Below are positions 13,100 to 27,119 of a DNA stretch of 64,000 bases, in pieces. How positions within the stretch are numbered: the first letter of the stretch is position 1; each line of letters opens with the position of its first letter. The translations under genes and the position numbers were made by a program. Source of the DNA: Octopus sinensis (lineage: Eukaryota); assembly GCF_006345805.1 (NCBI RefSeq), contig NC_042998.1:9486001-9550000 (forward strand), given 5' to 3'. Under the pieces are notes generated by a model. It was given only the letters and a program-made list of their open reading frames with translations. It ran no database searches and was not told where the DNA came from.

Positions 13100-14208
13100 G
13101 TAAGTTGTGTTCGTACTTTTAGTGACAAAATGAAATCATTTTCAAGTAACAGAGAAATTAAAATATTGTCCACACATAGAACAGATGCAACAATCAGACA
13201 AATTACAGAAGCTACACACATAATAGAAAATAAACCTAGCCTGAATAGAAAACTAGAATGGAACACTAGCACACACCACAACATATGACGGTAGAGGATC
13301 CTGAAAACATAATAAATACACAGATAGATAAACTAATAGAAATAAATAACTATTATTTTTTTTTTTCAATTTATTATTATTATTACTAGTATTGTTGTTA
13401 TACATACATACAAGCATATGTAATGATAATAATAAGTGGATGTAAACACATGAACAAAATAAGAATAAACAACAACAACAAATTACGTGAATGTATATAA
13501 ACAGAAGATACACACTAAATAAACATAGACGCACATAGAGATATAAGCATGCGCAAATGAAGACATACAATAGAAATACAAAATGGCTGACGGTTAGTAA
13601 GGTGAGACACAAATAAGAAAGAAGGAAACAAAGGACCACTGATGCAGTCACAGGAGTGTGACGAAAGAACTCTGACCGAAATAAGATTAAGATTAATGTA
13701 AAAAATAAATAACACTGAAGCAAAGTAACACCAAATATATAGTGCGTGTGTTTTTATTGGCTAAACTGGCAAAATGACCATTCCGAAATATAACAATAGA
13801 GATTTTATTGTTCTTCAAAATATATTGTCATTGACTCTGAATTATACCTTGTGTGGTTATGAAGTTTGCTTCCCAGCCATGTGAATCTGTGTTTAACCCC
13901 AATACATGGCACCTTGGGTAAGTGTCATCTATTATTGCTCTGGACCAATCAAAGCCTTGTAAATTTGGGAGACAGAAACTGCAAACTGCCTGTTATATAT
14001 TCTGTGTTAACTTGGAAAGTTGTTAGTTGCAAGCTATGTTGTTGTTATTTCTGCCAACAAATCATCCACTTGCTGCTTACCTTTGATGGTATGAAGACTA
14101 TCTCGTTGTTAAGCAATGCTTTAATTTTATATTTGTCTAACCCATGCTTATTCGAAAAGAAAATGGATGTAAAATGAACAAATTTAACGTTAGCCTTGAT
14201 TATGATTA

Positions 14209-14413
14209 CAGTAGTACTTCAGAGTTTTTGAACAACTCTGATCACGAATGAATCGTGCTTTATAAATAGATAGATATATATAAAGCACAATTTATTCGTG
14301 ATCAGAGGCATTTGTAAACCGAGGTATGACTGTATTAAATGAATATGAGAAAGACAAGAGATAAAGTACGATTTGTTCGTGATCAGAGTTGTTTGAAAAC
14401 CGAGGTTCTACTG
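14209..14413. mobile_element. Tc1/pogo (Tigger-like) MITE
   Basis: TA|CAGTAG...CTACTG|TA with imperfect ~45-bp TIRs. Confidence 0.7.
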
Positions 14414-14616
14414 TATTTAGTAAAACAATGTCGTTAAAAAAAGTATTTAATGTCATAAAAGATTATGTAGTAAAGCAGTTTAACAAAGAGTAATTAAAGT
14501 TACAAAGATGATGTAAAACAATGTTGGTATAAATATATCATACAAAATGCATTTGTTCAAACTTCATATCAACAGTTCTGAAATGCATAAGTGAATATTT
14601 TCATTTTTCTTTATAG

Positions 14617-14731
14617 GCTACCCCTGGAAATGATGAAAGGAAAAATTAAAAAGAATCTCCAAAATCTTGAACTTGCCAATTTAGTAACTCGAAAAAATAA
14701 ATACCAAGACATCATTAATTCTATTGCACGG
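14617..14731 (+). CDS. IQGAP: IQGAP exon: LPLEMMKGKIKKNLQNLELANLVTRKNKYQDIINSIAR
   Basis: AG/GT sites and in phase. KNKYQ.IN.IAR motif of RasGAP_C. Confidence 0.94.
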
Positions 14732-15649
14732 GTAAATATTTTTTTAACAAAATACTTGCTGTAAAAAAACATTAATGAATTCCAAAGAGCAAACAGACAG
14801 GATAGTATTTAACCCAATGTAATATGACTTCGAGTCTTTTGATAAAATTTCTCATGTTACATATTAAATGTGAGAAAGGAAAAAACATCTTGACTTTTTT
14901 AAGGAATATCAAACATCTTCATTATTAATTTAACTAGCTCAATCAATTGAGAATTACTTGCAAACCATGTGAAACTGTTGCCTTTTAAGATAATACTAAT
15001 TTTGAGGTGTTAATGGTTATATGCAGGATAATCATTTCATTGTATTTTTAACTTCTCTGTTTCATTATTATCAAGTTTACCTAAATCGAAAGTATTTACC
15101 ATCTTCAATTGAAGAAGGGTTCGTGCTATGGACATTCGAAAGTTAATATACTTAATCCATCAAATGGATTAAGATGCAAGCATAGCTGTAATGTGAAGTT
15201 CATTTTATGAACTAGATTATCAGTATATAGAACTCCCCAGGGACATTCAGTTTTAAAACTTTTCTGTGAAGGCTTGTAGGACTAAGAAAAACAGGAGAGG
15301 AACCTTGAACTTGCATATATATATGCTCATGCACACGTATGTGTGTGTGTGTGTGCATGCATGTTTTTGGCTACATTTACACTTAGAAAATTCACTTAGC
15401 TATGGATGGTGACATTGCTCTCCTTTCCTCCTGTTAACAAGTTGACTGCTGGTTTTGTACCTTCAAAGACATGTCAAGCAGGATATCCCTTATTTAACCA
15501 CAGGAAGGGCAACCAGCTATAAAACAATACCTTCAAAATATATTTGTATAACTCAAGCTAACATGGAAAAATGAATAAGTACAAACATATTGTATTATCA
15601 GTCCTATATACTTCAAATTAAAAAATATCTTTTCCTTTTACACCTATAG

Positions 15650-15816
15650 GATATTCGCAACCAACGGCGTTATAGAAATACGCGTAGACAGGAATTGATA
15701 CGGCTACGAAGTGCAGTAAAAAGTTTGCACAATAAAAGGGCTTTCTATGAAGAACAAATCGACTATTACAACCTGTATGTGAAAACCTGCTTGGATAATA
15801 TGGCTCACAAGGAAAA
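15650..15816 (+). CDS. IQGAP: IQGAP exon: DIRNQRRYRNTRRQELIRLRSAVKSLHNKRAFYEEQIDYYNLYVKTCLDNMAHKE
   Basis: DIRNQRRYR and FY.EQ.DYY..Y.KTCLDN motifs. AG/GT sites. Confidence 0.96.
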
Positions 15817-17556
15817 GTTAGTAAAAATCATTATTCTACCTGCAATGTTTTTCTTTTTTTACATTCAATTCAGTTTCAAGTTATTTCATTGGTAGTGAGT
15901 ATTTTATTAACTATTTCCCCATGTTGTCAAAAGCTAGAAGAGTTTGTTTGCACTAAAAGGGTTTTGTCACTCTTCTGTCATTTCATCTGTGGCCTCCAAC
16001 TTCCCCATACCTTTCTAAGTCATCTCTTACTACAAGCAACTTTTGCATATAAAACATGTTATCTTCATGTTTTACTTGTAAATACTAATGCAAATGGCTT
16101 TCAGTTCTCAACTACTTTTTGATTCTGCCTTTCTTAAAACTTGTTGCATATAATCAACACACTCCCCTTACAAACTGCTGATCCTTTGTATTCAATGTCC
16201 AAATTTCACTATCATACAGCATCACACACTTATGTGTCTTCATAATCTTTACCATTTTCTTATATACACTCTCTCACATATATATATGTGTGTGTGTGTG
16301 TGTGTATATATCCTTTGTGAACAAAGGAGATGGCACTGAACTTCTTTAACCTTCCTTTCTTATACTTGTTACTCTACTCTCTCTCTTCAACCATTACGTT
16401 ACTCTACTTTCTCTTCAACTATCACAGCACTCATTTGATGATGTAAACAACCAAAAACTTCAAAACTATCTGTTATATCTAGAAAGCATGGCTATGCAAT
16501 GAAAAAGCTTGTTTTTGCAGCCATATAGTTCTAGGTTTGATCCTTCTCTGCAACACCTTAGGTAAATGTTTTCTACCATAGCCTCAGGTCAATCTATGCT
16601 GTGTGAGTGAAACTGAATTGACCGAAACTCTGCGAAAGTCTGTCCAAAGCACTGTACCTGTTGTAAGTTGATACCTGAGTGCCTTTAACAGACTCCAATT
16701 GATTGTAAGCATTCAGTCCAAAGATAACCCATGATTTGTGATTTCTTTCCTTAGCTTAAAGGTCAAGTGTTGTCTTTGACTGTTTGCAGGTTCTTCAAGA
16801 CTAAGCAATGGAGAAAAATTAATCAATACAGAAAAAGGCCATTTGAGCAGTTCACGAATTACATGATGGTTGCTCTTACTGCTAACTATTTTTTTGCATC
16901 TGTCATGCCTGAAGTCCTGATTCTCCATCAGTCTATCTCAAATTTCATATTTTTGTGCCTATTGCTTGCACTTATAACCCAATATTTAATTCCTTTATAC
17001 ATCGTTTTTACATACCAAGCAAGAGTACTTTTCAGATGGCTCTGGATATTGCCATGCTGATCTTAGGATGGTCTAGAGTCCCAAATCCCAAGTTTGAAAA
17101 TTTTTCTCATGTTCTTCAGTTCATTTTGTAACAACTAGATCTTAAGATTTCATATATTATTTCATTTCTTCACTTAATTCTTCAGAACAAGCATGTTCTG
17201 CTTATAACCTAGTGATCCCTTAAAGCAAATGATAATACCCATTATGGTCATCAGCACATTGCTATTAAATTGTTATTGATCTAAGTTGAATTGTTAAACT
17301 TTTCTTTAAGTTCATATTCTGTCATGCGAAGTGTTTCAGAAGCCTTTAAGAGTTAGGCTAATTAGTAAAAACAAAATGTTCTATTGATGAGATATTGTCT
17401 GCTCATAAGAATGAATGTTGAAATTTGTATCATATTAAGTGACCAAATACCAAAATTTTTTGTTGCTGCCATTTGAAGTAATAACTTCAAAAATTAAAAA
17501 GTGACAGTGTCCCAGGAAATTTTTAACATTCTTTTTTTTTTTGTTTTAATCTCCAG

Positions 17557-17679
17557 TCGCAAATCAAGGTCTTTTACCCTGTTTCGTAAAGATGACAATC
17601 TGATCACTGTGAAATACAGTGCTGCCCAGCTTTATGAGAAGGGCTTGATTTTGGAAATAGAAGATTTGGCTGTCAACCA
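17557..17679 (+). CDS. IQGAP: IQGAP exon: RKSRSFTLFRKDDNLITVKYSAAQLYEKGLILEIEDLAVN
   Basis: Homologous to LKYTAARLHEKGVLLEIEDL. AG/GT sites. Confidence 0.94.
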
Positions 17680-17944
17680 GTAAGTTCACTGATTATTATT
17701 CATAGGTGTTACATTACAACAAACTTTTGCAGCTGACTTAGATCTTTGACTGTGGTACAAATGTTAGTAATACTTATGTTAGCTCACAGTCTGTAATATA
17801 ATACTTATCAAGACCTGGAGTAGTCAGACTCTACTCTTTCAAGAAAAAAGTATTAATAAAATTTTATAAAATTAAAAACAAAATCCTGATTTTGCATTGT
17901 AGGACTTACTTTATTAAAAGAAAAGACTAGCCATATAAGGTTTA

Positions 17945-18125
17945 TATATAGGGGGAGAGTTCACGAAAAAACCAAACGACGAAGACAGGTGGTGTACAAA
18001 ACAAACATGTATTAGTATAATGCTCAGGAATAGAAAAAGTCTTTTACATTTCGAGCCTACGCTCTTTTACAGAAAGGGACACAAAAAAACGAGAGAAAAA
18101 AAATGTGTGTAGTGGCTACTGATCT
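17945..18125 (-). mobile_element. Penelope-like pseudo-LTR with degenerate hammerhead (18039-18078)
   Basis: Minus strand reads CTGTAAAA-GAGC-GTAG-GCTC-GAAA-TG-TA. Flanked by TA repeats and adjacent to a GIY-YIG tail fragment. Confidence 0.5.
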
Positions 18126-18127
18126 AT

Positions 18128-18168
<41 letters not shown>

Positions 18169-18349
18169 AAAAGTGAAAAAACTACAGAAGGCTTGTTTTA
18201 AAAGGTTAAGAAATATATATTTGAGTCATTATGTCAGAAGAATGTTATAAATTTGTTTCATACAGTAACATAGTTTTTGAAGAAATTACCGGTTTCGTGT
18301 ATAACTTTTCAAATTTCTCAAAACATTATGATTTTGTTCATTAAGAAGT

Positions 18350-18600
18350 GTAAAGAAGAGTTCCAGGTAAGGGGAGGTAATAAGTGATTTCTTCCGGTGT
18401 AAGGGAGATAATTGCTTAATATTTCTTGCCTTTTTTTTTAAAGGGGTGAGTTTCTCTGTATAAGAATGGTTAAGTTTGGGCTTATATTTTTCAATGAAGA
18501 ATGTTTCCTTGTTTAGTCTAATTTGTGTTGGTTTTCCTATAGCACATTGATAGGAAAGATTAAAAATTGTGGTAGTAGTTGCTTATATATATAATTGATC
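18350..18600 (-). mobile_element. Penelope-like GIY-YIG endonuclease C-terminal remnant
   Basis: Minus frame IRLNKETFFIEKYKPKLNH matches the R..KE..FI....P.LN motif of PLE endonucleases. Confidence 0.55.
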
Positions 18601-19005
18601 TGTTGGTTTGGGATTTTTGCTGAGAATCAAAGAGCAATGTCTATGAGGTTAGCAACCAACTTCTAGACACCATTGAGATATTGATGTGAGAATATCTTTT
18701 ATTAGACTGCAGCCATGCTGAGGCACCACCTCAAGAGTTTTTAATCAAATAAATTGACTCCAGCACTTTTTTCAAGTCTTGTACTTTATCAGTCTTTTAC
18801 TAAGCTGCTAAGTTACAGGGATAGAAATACATCAACATTTGTCAAGCTATTGTAACACATATATATTTCACTTAGGCATTGCAAGACTAATAAACTGGTG
18901 TAGAACTCAATTTGTGTAGAGTTTTTAACAGTGAAATATGAAGTTGGTAATACATGCCTGGTAACTAACTAACAATTAAGTATACTTTTTATTTTTACCT
19001 TACAG

Positions 19006-19114
19006 GTTTAAGAATGTTCTTTTTGAGATTTCCAATACCGAGAAGACTGGTGTTTTTGAAGTGAATGCCAAGTTTTTAGGAGTTCATATGGAAAAGGTTG
19101 AACTTGTGTTTCAG
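19006..19114 (+). CDS. IQGAP: IQGAP exon: FKNVLFEISNTEKTGVFEVNAKFLGVHMEKVELVFQ
   Basis: Homologous to FKNVIFEISPTEEVGDFEVKAKFMGV. AG/GT sites. Confidence 0.95.
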
Positions 19115-19613
19115 GTAAGAAAAGTTATTTCAAAGAACTGTCTTTGTGTGTGTGTGTGTGTGTGTGTGTGTTCAGACTTTTTTAACCCTTTAGTGTTCTG
19201 ATTATTCTATCAAACATAATGCTTATTGATTCACATTGATTTGAATTAATCATGCATTATCTCATATCTTCAAGATCTTGATGGTGTAATTACTTAATGT
19301 AGAATAACATTGTAGAGTAGGTGTGAGGGCCTGGATATGGTCAGCCTGAACATAAAACAGATTAAATATTTTGGCCGGTTTAAATACTAAAGAGTTAAAC
19401 TAGTTATTACAACTTTAATTACACTCAAACAATTTTCAGATAGATAATTTATATTAAACATGCTTATTGTTCATTTTGGCCTGATCTTAATTTAATAGTT
19501 GTATAAATGCAAAGTCTAATTGTGTTTTATAAACAAGCCTCTCTGATATCACCATTTTAGCTTCCTGCTGGAAAATGGCCTCTGATGGTGATTTTAGTCA
19601 AACTTTGGCCACT

Positions 19614-20151
19614 GGTAGAATGTGTCATAAAACATCTTTTACTCTTAGCATTTTTGAGAAAAACTTATATTTACGAAGTTATTTCACGTTAAAGTTGTCC
19701 TGTTTTGGTAATTTCAACCAATCAATGACGTGTATTCAGTTGAATAAAATTACTGCTGTTGTTTGTCAACAAGAACTTCCGGTGGTGTATATTTGATTTG
19801 TCGCTGTTATTTATGACAGCCCTAATACCCTAACCCTAAAACCTTAAAGCTAAAACCAGTACAAATGCACAAACGATGTCATAAATAACAGTGACAAACG
19901 AAAAATACACCGCCGATAGTTGTTGACAAACAACGGCAGTAATTTTATTCAGCTGAATACACGTCATTGATTGGTTGAAATTACCGAAATACGAGAACTT
20001 TAACATGAAATAACTTTGTAAATATAAGTTTTTCTCAACAACACTAAGAGTAAAAGATGTTTTATATGACACATTCTACCAGTGTCCGAAGTTTGAAAGT
20101 GTTTAGTTACAGAATTTTTTTTTAAATCTGTTGGTCAAGAGGCAAAGATCC
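19614..20151. mobile_element. GGATCTTT-family MITE with long internal inverted arms (last IQGAP intron)
   Basis: 19614-19810 is inverted relative to about 19890-20085. The right TIR ends GGCAAAGATCC. Confidence 0.75.
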
Positions 20152-20237
20152 CTTATATTTCTAGCCAGTATAGAATGATGGATCTGAAGCTAATCATGAC
20201 TGTGTGTTGAAATTATTTTTTTTTTTTATACTTTTAG

Positions 20238-20351
20238 GATTTGCTCCAGCTGCAGTATGAAGGTGTTGCTGTAATGAACATGTTTAACCGTGCAAAAGTG
20301 AATGTCAATTTACTGATATTTCTCCTGAACCGTAAATTTTACGGCAGGTGA
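20238..20351 (+). CDS. IQGAP: IQGAP last coding exon: DLLQLQYEGVAVMNMFNRAKVNVNLLIFLLNRKFYGR*
   Basis: Near-identical to the IQGAP1 C-terminus DLLQLQYEGVAVM...KVNVNLLIFLLNKKFYGK. TGA at 20349-20351. Confidence 0.97.
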   Translation, partial: DLLQLQYEGVAVMNMFNRAKVNVNLLIFLLNRKFYGR

Positions 20352-21567
20352 ACAGGAAAGAAATATATCTTCCAAGTGTCTGTCTGCACTGAACTTCCCC
20401 TGTCGAGGATTGGCTTTCTACTCAATAACAACATAATCGTATTATGCAGACAAAAAATAGTTGAAATGTGAACATAAAAAAAAAAAAAAAGATTCATGAG
20501 GTTTTTCCAGCTTATAGGAAGGAATTCATTCCATCAGTTATTATTGGGAACACGAATGAATAATTATAATTTTATGTTTTTCATTGCATGTAAATATTCT
20601 CGATGGATTTCTTAGTCTTCTGTGTCTGCAGCACATGGATGAATTTAGCTTTACAACTTTTTATTTAAAATAAATATAACTCCAAACTGGTTCTGCTAGA
20701 ATTATTGGAACAAGGCAGTTATTGTCTTTTTATATATATATATTGTCAATATATATAATCTCTTTCAGTTTTACAAACCAATTTCTTTATAATACAGAAA
20801 AAAATGTAAATTATAATTCAGATTAATGCATCATTTTGTTTCACATATCTCTATTTTGTGCATATGAACTCAAAACTTGCTTGAAAGAATGTGCACCAGA
20901 ATGTGGACTGTGAATGGGCTTTTGTTTTGTTTTGTTTCCTTCATTTTCTTGTGCTATTTTTCTTCTTTTCTTAAATAATTATAATTTATGATAGTTTATG
21001 TTACTTACATGTTCAGATATTAATAGATTTTCTTGATTTATTACTTATTTTAATTTCATTATTTAGCTTTGTTATTTAGTCTGTAACTTAGGTCTATCCA
21101 TGACTATTGCATACAATTGTCTGTTATAAACATATACTGAAAAACCAATAAATTCCTAATAAAGAAAAAAAAATTGTCAACATTTATTTAAAGTAGTTAT
21201 TTTTGTGTGTTTGACCTTGTTTTGTTCTTTTTAATTCGTTTGTTTTTCATTTTCTAGTACACTTGGTATAATCACAAACATACAAATGTTGTGTGAGTGT
21301 GTGAGTGTGTGTACTTATATATAATGGAAGATTTTCAATATATCTTTCAATTATTGTCAAATGCAAGTAAAAACATTGTTGGGTTGCTTATTTACTGTAT
21401 TCATTTCTAAAACTTTTTGTATCATAACAAATGCTTTGTTTCTTTTCTTTGCTACACACTATCTGGGAAAACAAGATTTATATATATGACCAGGCATGAG
21501 CCCAAAATCTAGTTGTCTTAAATGATTTTCAAGAAAGTAAAATCTAATGAATGTTTTTTGTATTAAG

Positions 21568-22044
21568 CAGGGCCAGTGCCAGGGTATCCAGCACCCTAGG
21601 CCAGTGCTACAATATGCACCCCCTTCCCCCCAAACCTACAACGAGAGTCTTCTATTTCAATTTTTTCTACTTCCTCCTCCAGCCATCACCCTCATTACAC
21701 CAACTTGAAAATGCAGTTAAAAATTTATAATTAACTTGTGAACAATAAATCTATAGTTTTATGATCATGTGTATCACTGAGTAAATTTTCTACCGAGCAA
21801 AATTTGAAATATTTTATGCTAAACTATGTAACAGGTCGTTAACACCACACAAGCCTCTCGCCAAACCCACTCATGTCTTCCAACTATTTTTTGTTCTAGC
21901 AGTGACTTCACCTGCTCCCTTTTATAAGTTTTTGTGTTTTTAATTAAATCCCCCCAAAAAAATTTGTGTATGTTGCACATGGCACCTCTGACTTTAGTGT
22001 CTCAGGCAATCACCTAGTCTGCTAGGAAATAGCACTGGCCATAG
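21568..22044. mobile_element. Old hAT-like MITE downstream of the IQGAP stop
   Basis: CAGGGCCAGTGC ... GCACTGGCC ends; degenerate. Confidence 0.45.
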
Positions 22045-24218
22045 CCTCAAGTTACAAACACTAAGAAACTATCCATAACAGTTAATTTCACTTGAGATTC
22101 ACAGCCTAGTTTTGCACCATAACACTGGAAATTATAAATAAATTAGTTTGCTTATAATTATTCAGTGGTAAATATTCGAAAGTAAAAGACAAGTATTTAG
22201 GATCATATTTACTCATTAAGGCTTATAATGAATCAATATATTAAAGCTACTTGTTATTTAGTAAATCCTTCTGTCTCATGTGATTTGTGTTTCCCCTGTT
22301 TTTGCAACTTGTAATCGATGTAAATATTTTCCCTTTCATTAACTTCAGATTGTGGAATGAAGGTTATTTTATCATTTATATGGGTTTTTTTTTATTAACT
22401 GTAAAATACTTTCCTCAGACGGAAGGACCTGTTTGAAAAGTTTACCAATTTTCACAGTATATTAAAAGAAATCATATTTTGTCATAATCTGCAGTATTTG
22501 TATCAAAATTTTAAAAAATACAAAAAGCTCTACACAAAAACTTCATACATGTTGTTTATAGAGCAGCAAAAACTTTTTTTATACCATTCCAAAAGCTTTT
22601 GACACCTAAATGTCTTAATGTTTACTCTCTCTCTCTCTCTCTCTCTCTCTAATATGTTATTAGATAAGAAATCTGTAGTCACTTTTAATAATTGGACAAT
22701 TGTCTCTATTAGTATTTTGAGCTGAACCAATTAGTTAAACAACATTTTTAGTATTCTTGTTTAAAATTCTTTTTGAGCAATTTTTAAGTTGTACGTAGCA
22801 TATAATTAATATATTAGTGGCTCATGAATTACTAAAACTATAAGCTGAAGGTGAACTTATCCCTATCTTGAGAATCATTTGCCTTAAATTATCAACATTA
22901 ATTACTACATATATAAAGTAATCACAGAAGACTTTTTATTAAGAACAATATTTAAAGTTCTAATTCTTTTATGGTTTATAATGTAGAGAAAAATAATTAA
23001 GCTGCCACTAAAATGTTGTTGATTCCAAGGAGCTACTAGACTAGATACAGTAGAGAGTCCAGGATAACAAACTACCAATTTGGACATCTTACTACTCTGT
23101 TATAATTATAACTTCATTTTTAGTCTGAGAATAAAACTGCAATTTGTACAAGTTTTTTCTCTTGCTTTTTTTCTTTTGGTCTAAAAAGATGAACTTTAAG
23201 GTTAAAGTGAATTTCTTAATTTTTCACTCTCACATACATACACACTATTACGGAAGTGAATAAATGTTTTGTATTTAAAATGAACATTTTTCAAATCTTT
23301 GTCTCTTGTTTCTAGAAAGACAGTTTTTCAGTCGAAACAATGATACTTGTTTGTGTTTCTTTTATTGTATACTGTATTACTAACTTAATCTAATAAAATA
23401 TTTCCAACAATTTTTAACCATTTATTTTCATAATGATTGGGAATAAATCCAGTTACTTTAAAACTTCACGGTGAAATATCAAAGAAGCTGGTCTTATTCA
23501 AGGAACACTGTTTCAGTTTATGGAACTTTCAAATATGAATTTTTATTTGTATTGCAAATGTCACATTGTCATATTATAGTCACTCCAGAACTGTATTAAT
23601 GTTTTTTTCTGTAAAACACAGATAAAAAGAATTGCTCACAGACTTTGTAACCTAAAATTTAGAGGGAGATAAATCATGTTATGTCCCTTTTTAATCCGTT
23701 TCTGACACCCTGTTTATACTTTTTGTACATCCACCTATGTTTTCATAAGTTTTACTGCACTAACTCGAGATTCTGCCACAACAAAAAAAATATTGGAACT
23801 AATTTACCAATAGAATAATGGGTATAGCTGCATGGTATAAAGTCTCTTCCCAACCACACGGTTATGAGTTCAGTCTCACTCCATGACACCTTGGCAGGTG
23901 TCTTCTATTATAGCCTTGGGCCAACTACAGCCTTGGGAGTGGATTTGGTATAGGAAAACTGAAAGAAATCCTCATGTATGTTTTTGTATTTTTCCCTGTA
24001 CGACACTGCTTGATAACTGGTGTTGGTATGTTTACATCCCCATAACTTGGTGGTTTGGCAAAAGAGAAATATTAGCATCACACAGCATATCATTGTTATC
24101 ATTCAACATCCACTTTTCCATGTGTGCATGGGTTGGACTGAAGTTGTTGAAGTGGATTTTCGATGGTTAGATGCCCTGTCAACAACTATCACATGAAGTC
24201 AAAGGAAACATACAGATA

Positions 24219-24585
24219 GGCACAGGAGTGGCTGTGTGGTAAGTAGCTTGCTAACCAACCACATGGTTCCGGGTTCAGTCCCACTGCGTGGCATCTTGGG
24301 CAAGTGTCTTCTGCTATAGCCCCGGGCCGACCAATGCCTTGTGAGTGGATTTGGTAGACGGAAACTGAAAGAAGCCTGTCGTATATGTGTGTGTGTGTCT
24401 GTCCCCCTAGCATTGCTTGACAACCGATGCTGGTGTGTTTATGTCCCCGTCACTTAGCGGTTCGACAAAAGAGACCGATAGAATAAGTACTGGGCTTACA
24501 AAGAATAAGTCCCGGGGTCGAGTTGCTCAACTAAAGGTGGTGCTCCAGCATGGCCGCAGTCAAATGACTGAAACAAGTAAAAGAG
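24219..24585 (+). mobile_element. SINE family A
   Basis: Family match. Confidence 0.9.
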
Positions 24586-24599
24586 TAGATAGATTAGTG

Positions 24600-24852
24600 T
24601 GCATTCCAGAAATTTGGACTTCTTCAGGAGAGACATTTGTTAATTTCAAAGAATATACGAAACTAATCTTTTGCAAAGTAGGATCCTCCGACTTTAATGC
24701 ACCTGTTTGTGGTGTTCCAGTCATTTTGTGTAGGCCTGATAGAAGTCCTCCAACGTGAAGATGTCTAGGGCCCTTGTTGCAGCCACCATCTTCTCAATAT
24801 CACGAAAACGACTGCTGCTGAGGTTCTTCAGCTTAGGGAGCAATGTCTAGAC
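24600..24852 (-). mobile_element. Mariner transposase remnant, C-terminal part
   Basis: Minus translation DIAP...PKL...RFRDIEKM...LEDFYQAY...CIKVGGSYF resembles the mariner C-terminus. Confidence 0.7.
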
Positions 24853-26307
24853 ATGTGTGTATACATATATATATATATATGTATATATGTATATATATGT
24901 ATATATATGTATATATATGTATATATATGTATATGTATGTATATGTATATGTATGTATATGTATATGTATGTATATGTATATGTATGTATATGTATATGT
25001 ATATATATGTATATATATGTATATATATGTATATATATGTATATGTATATATATGTATATGTATATGTATATGTATGTATATGTATATATGTATATGTAT
25101 ATATATGTATATATGTATATATATATATATATGTATGTATATGTGTATATATGTATATGTATATATATGTATATATGTATATGTATATATGTATATGTAT
25201 ATGTGTATATGTATATGTATATATATGTATATATGTATATATATGTATATGTATATATATGTATATGTGTATATGTATATATATGTATATGTGTATATGT
25301 ATATATATGTATATGTATATATGTATATGTATATGTATATATGTATATGTATATGTATATATATTATGTATATGTATATATATATATATATGTATATGTA
25401 TTATATATATATATATATTATGTATTATTATATATATATATATAGTATATATATGTATATGTATATATATATGTAATATATGTATATGTATATATATATG
25501 TATATGTATATATATGATATATATGTATATGTATATGTATATATATGTATATATATGTATATGTATATGTATATATATATATGTAATGTATGTATATATA
25601 TATCTATATATGTATATATATATGTATATATATGTGTATATATATGTATATATATATGTATATATATGTATATATATATGTATATATATATATGTATATA
25701 TTATGTATATATATGTATATATATGTATATGTATATATATGTATATATATATATGTATATGTATGTATATGTTATATATGTATATGTATGTATATGTATT
25801 ATATGTATATATGTATATATATATATGTATATATATATATATGTATGTATATGTAATATATATATATGTATGTATATATGTAATATATATGTATGTATAT
25901 ATATGTATATATATGTATATGTATATATATGTATATATATGTATATGTATGTATATATATGTATATGTATATATATGTATGTTATGTATATATATGTATT
26001 ATATGTATGTATATATATGTATTGTATATATATGTATATATATATATATGTATATATATATGTAATGTATATATGTATATGTATGTATATATATATATGT
26101 ATATGTATATATGCATATGTATATATATATATATGTATATATGCATATGTATATATATATATATGTATATATATGCATATGTATATATATGCATATATTA
26201 TATATATATATGTATATATATATATGCATATATATATATATATATTGTATATATATATATGTATATATATGCATATATATATATATTATATATATATGTA
26301 TATATGC

Positions 26308-26341
<34 letters not shown>

Positions 26342-26438
26342 GCATATATGTATATATATGCATATATATATATATATGTATATATATGCATATATATATA
26401 ATATGTATATATAGCATATATATATATATATATATATA

Positions 26439-26479
<41 letters not shown>

Positions 26480-26565
26480 GCATATATATATATATGTATA
26501 TATGCATATATATATATATATGCATATATATATACATATATATATATATAGTATATGTATATATA

Positions 26566-26602
<37 letters not shown>

Positions 26603-27059
26603 TTAATAAGGGTGAGAGAATTAGATACTAATTTAATAGTATATTTATTCAACACCAAGTGGCCTAGTGCTACGAGAAACCTGGATTATTATAATATTTT
26701 ATAACATATTATAATATTTTTACAAAATAAATATAAGAGAGTGGTCACTATATTGCTCACTCTAGCACCAGTTAATCCAAAAGGTTTCAACCACGAAAAT
26801 ACATGTTTCCCATGAAAGCCAGTACGACTGTTAGTCCGTGTGAGCTAACAGTCGTACTGGCTTTCATGGGAAACATGTATTTTCGTGGTTGAAACCTTTT
26901 GGATTAACTGGTGCTAGAGTGAGCAATATAGTGACCACTCTCTTATATTTATTTTATATTTATTTTATATTATATTATATATATATATGTATATATATGT
27001 ATATATATATATATATGTATATTATGTATATATATATATAATGTATATATATATATATA

Positions 27060-27119
<60 letters not shown>

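Noticed and set aside
19826-19858. Telomere-like CCCTAACCCTAA (also TTAGGGTTAGGG near 57900)
   Set aside because: Only 2-3 units, and they are an internal part of the GGATCTTT MITE family.
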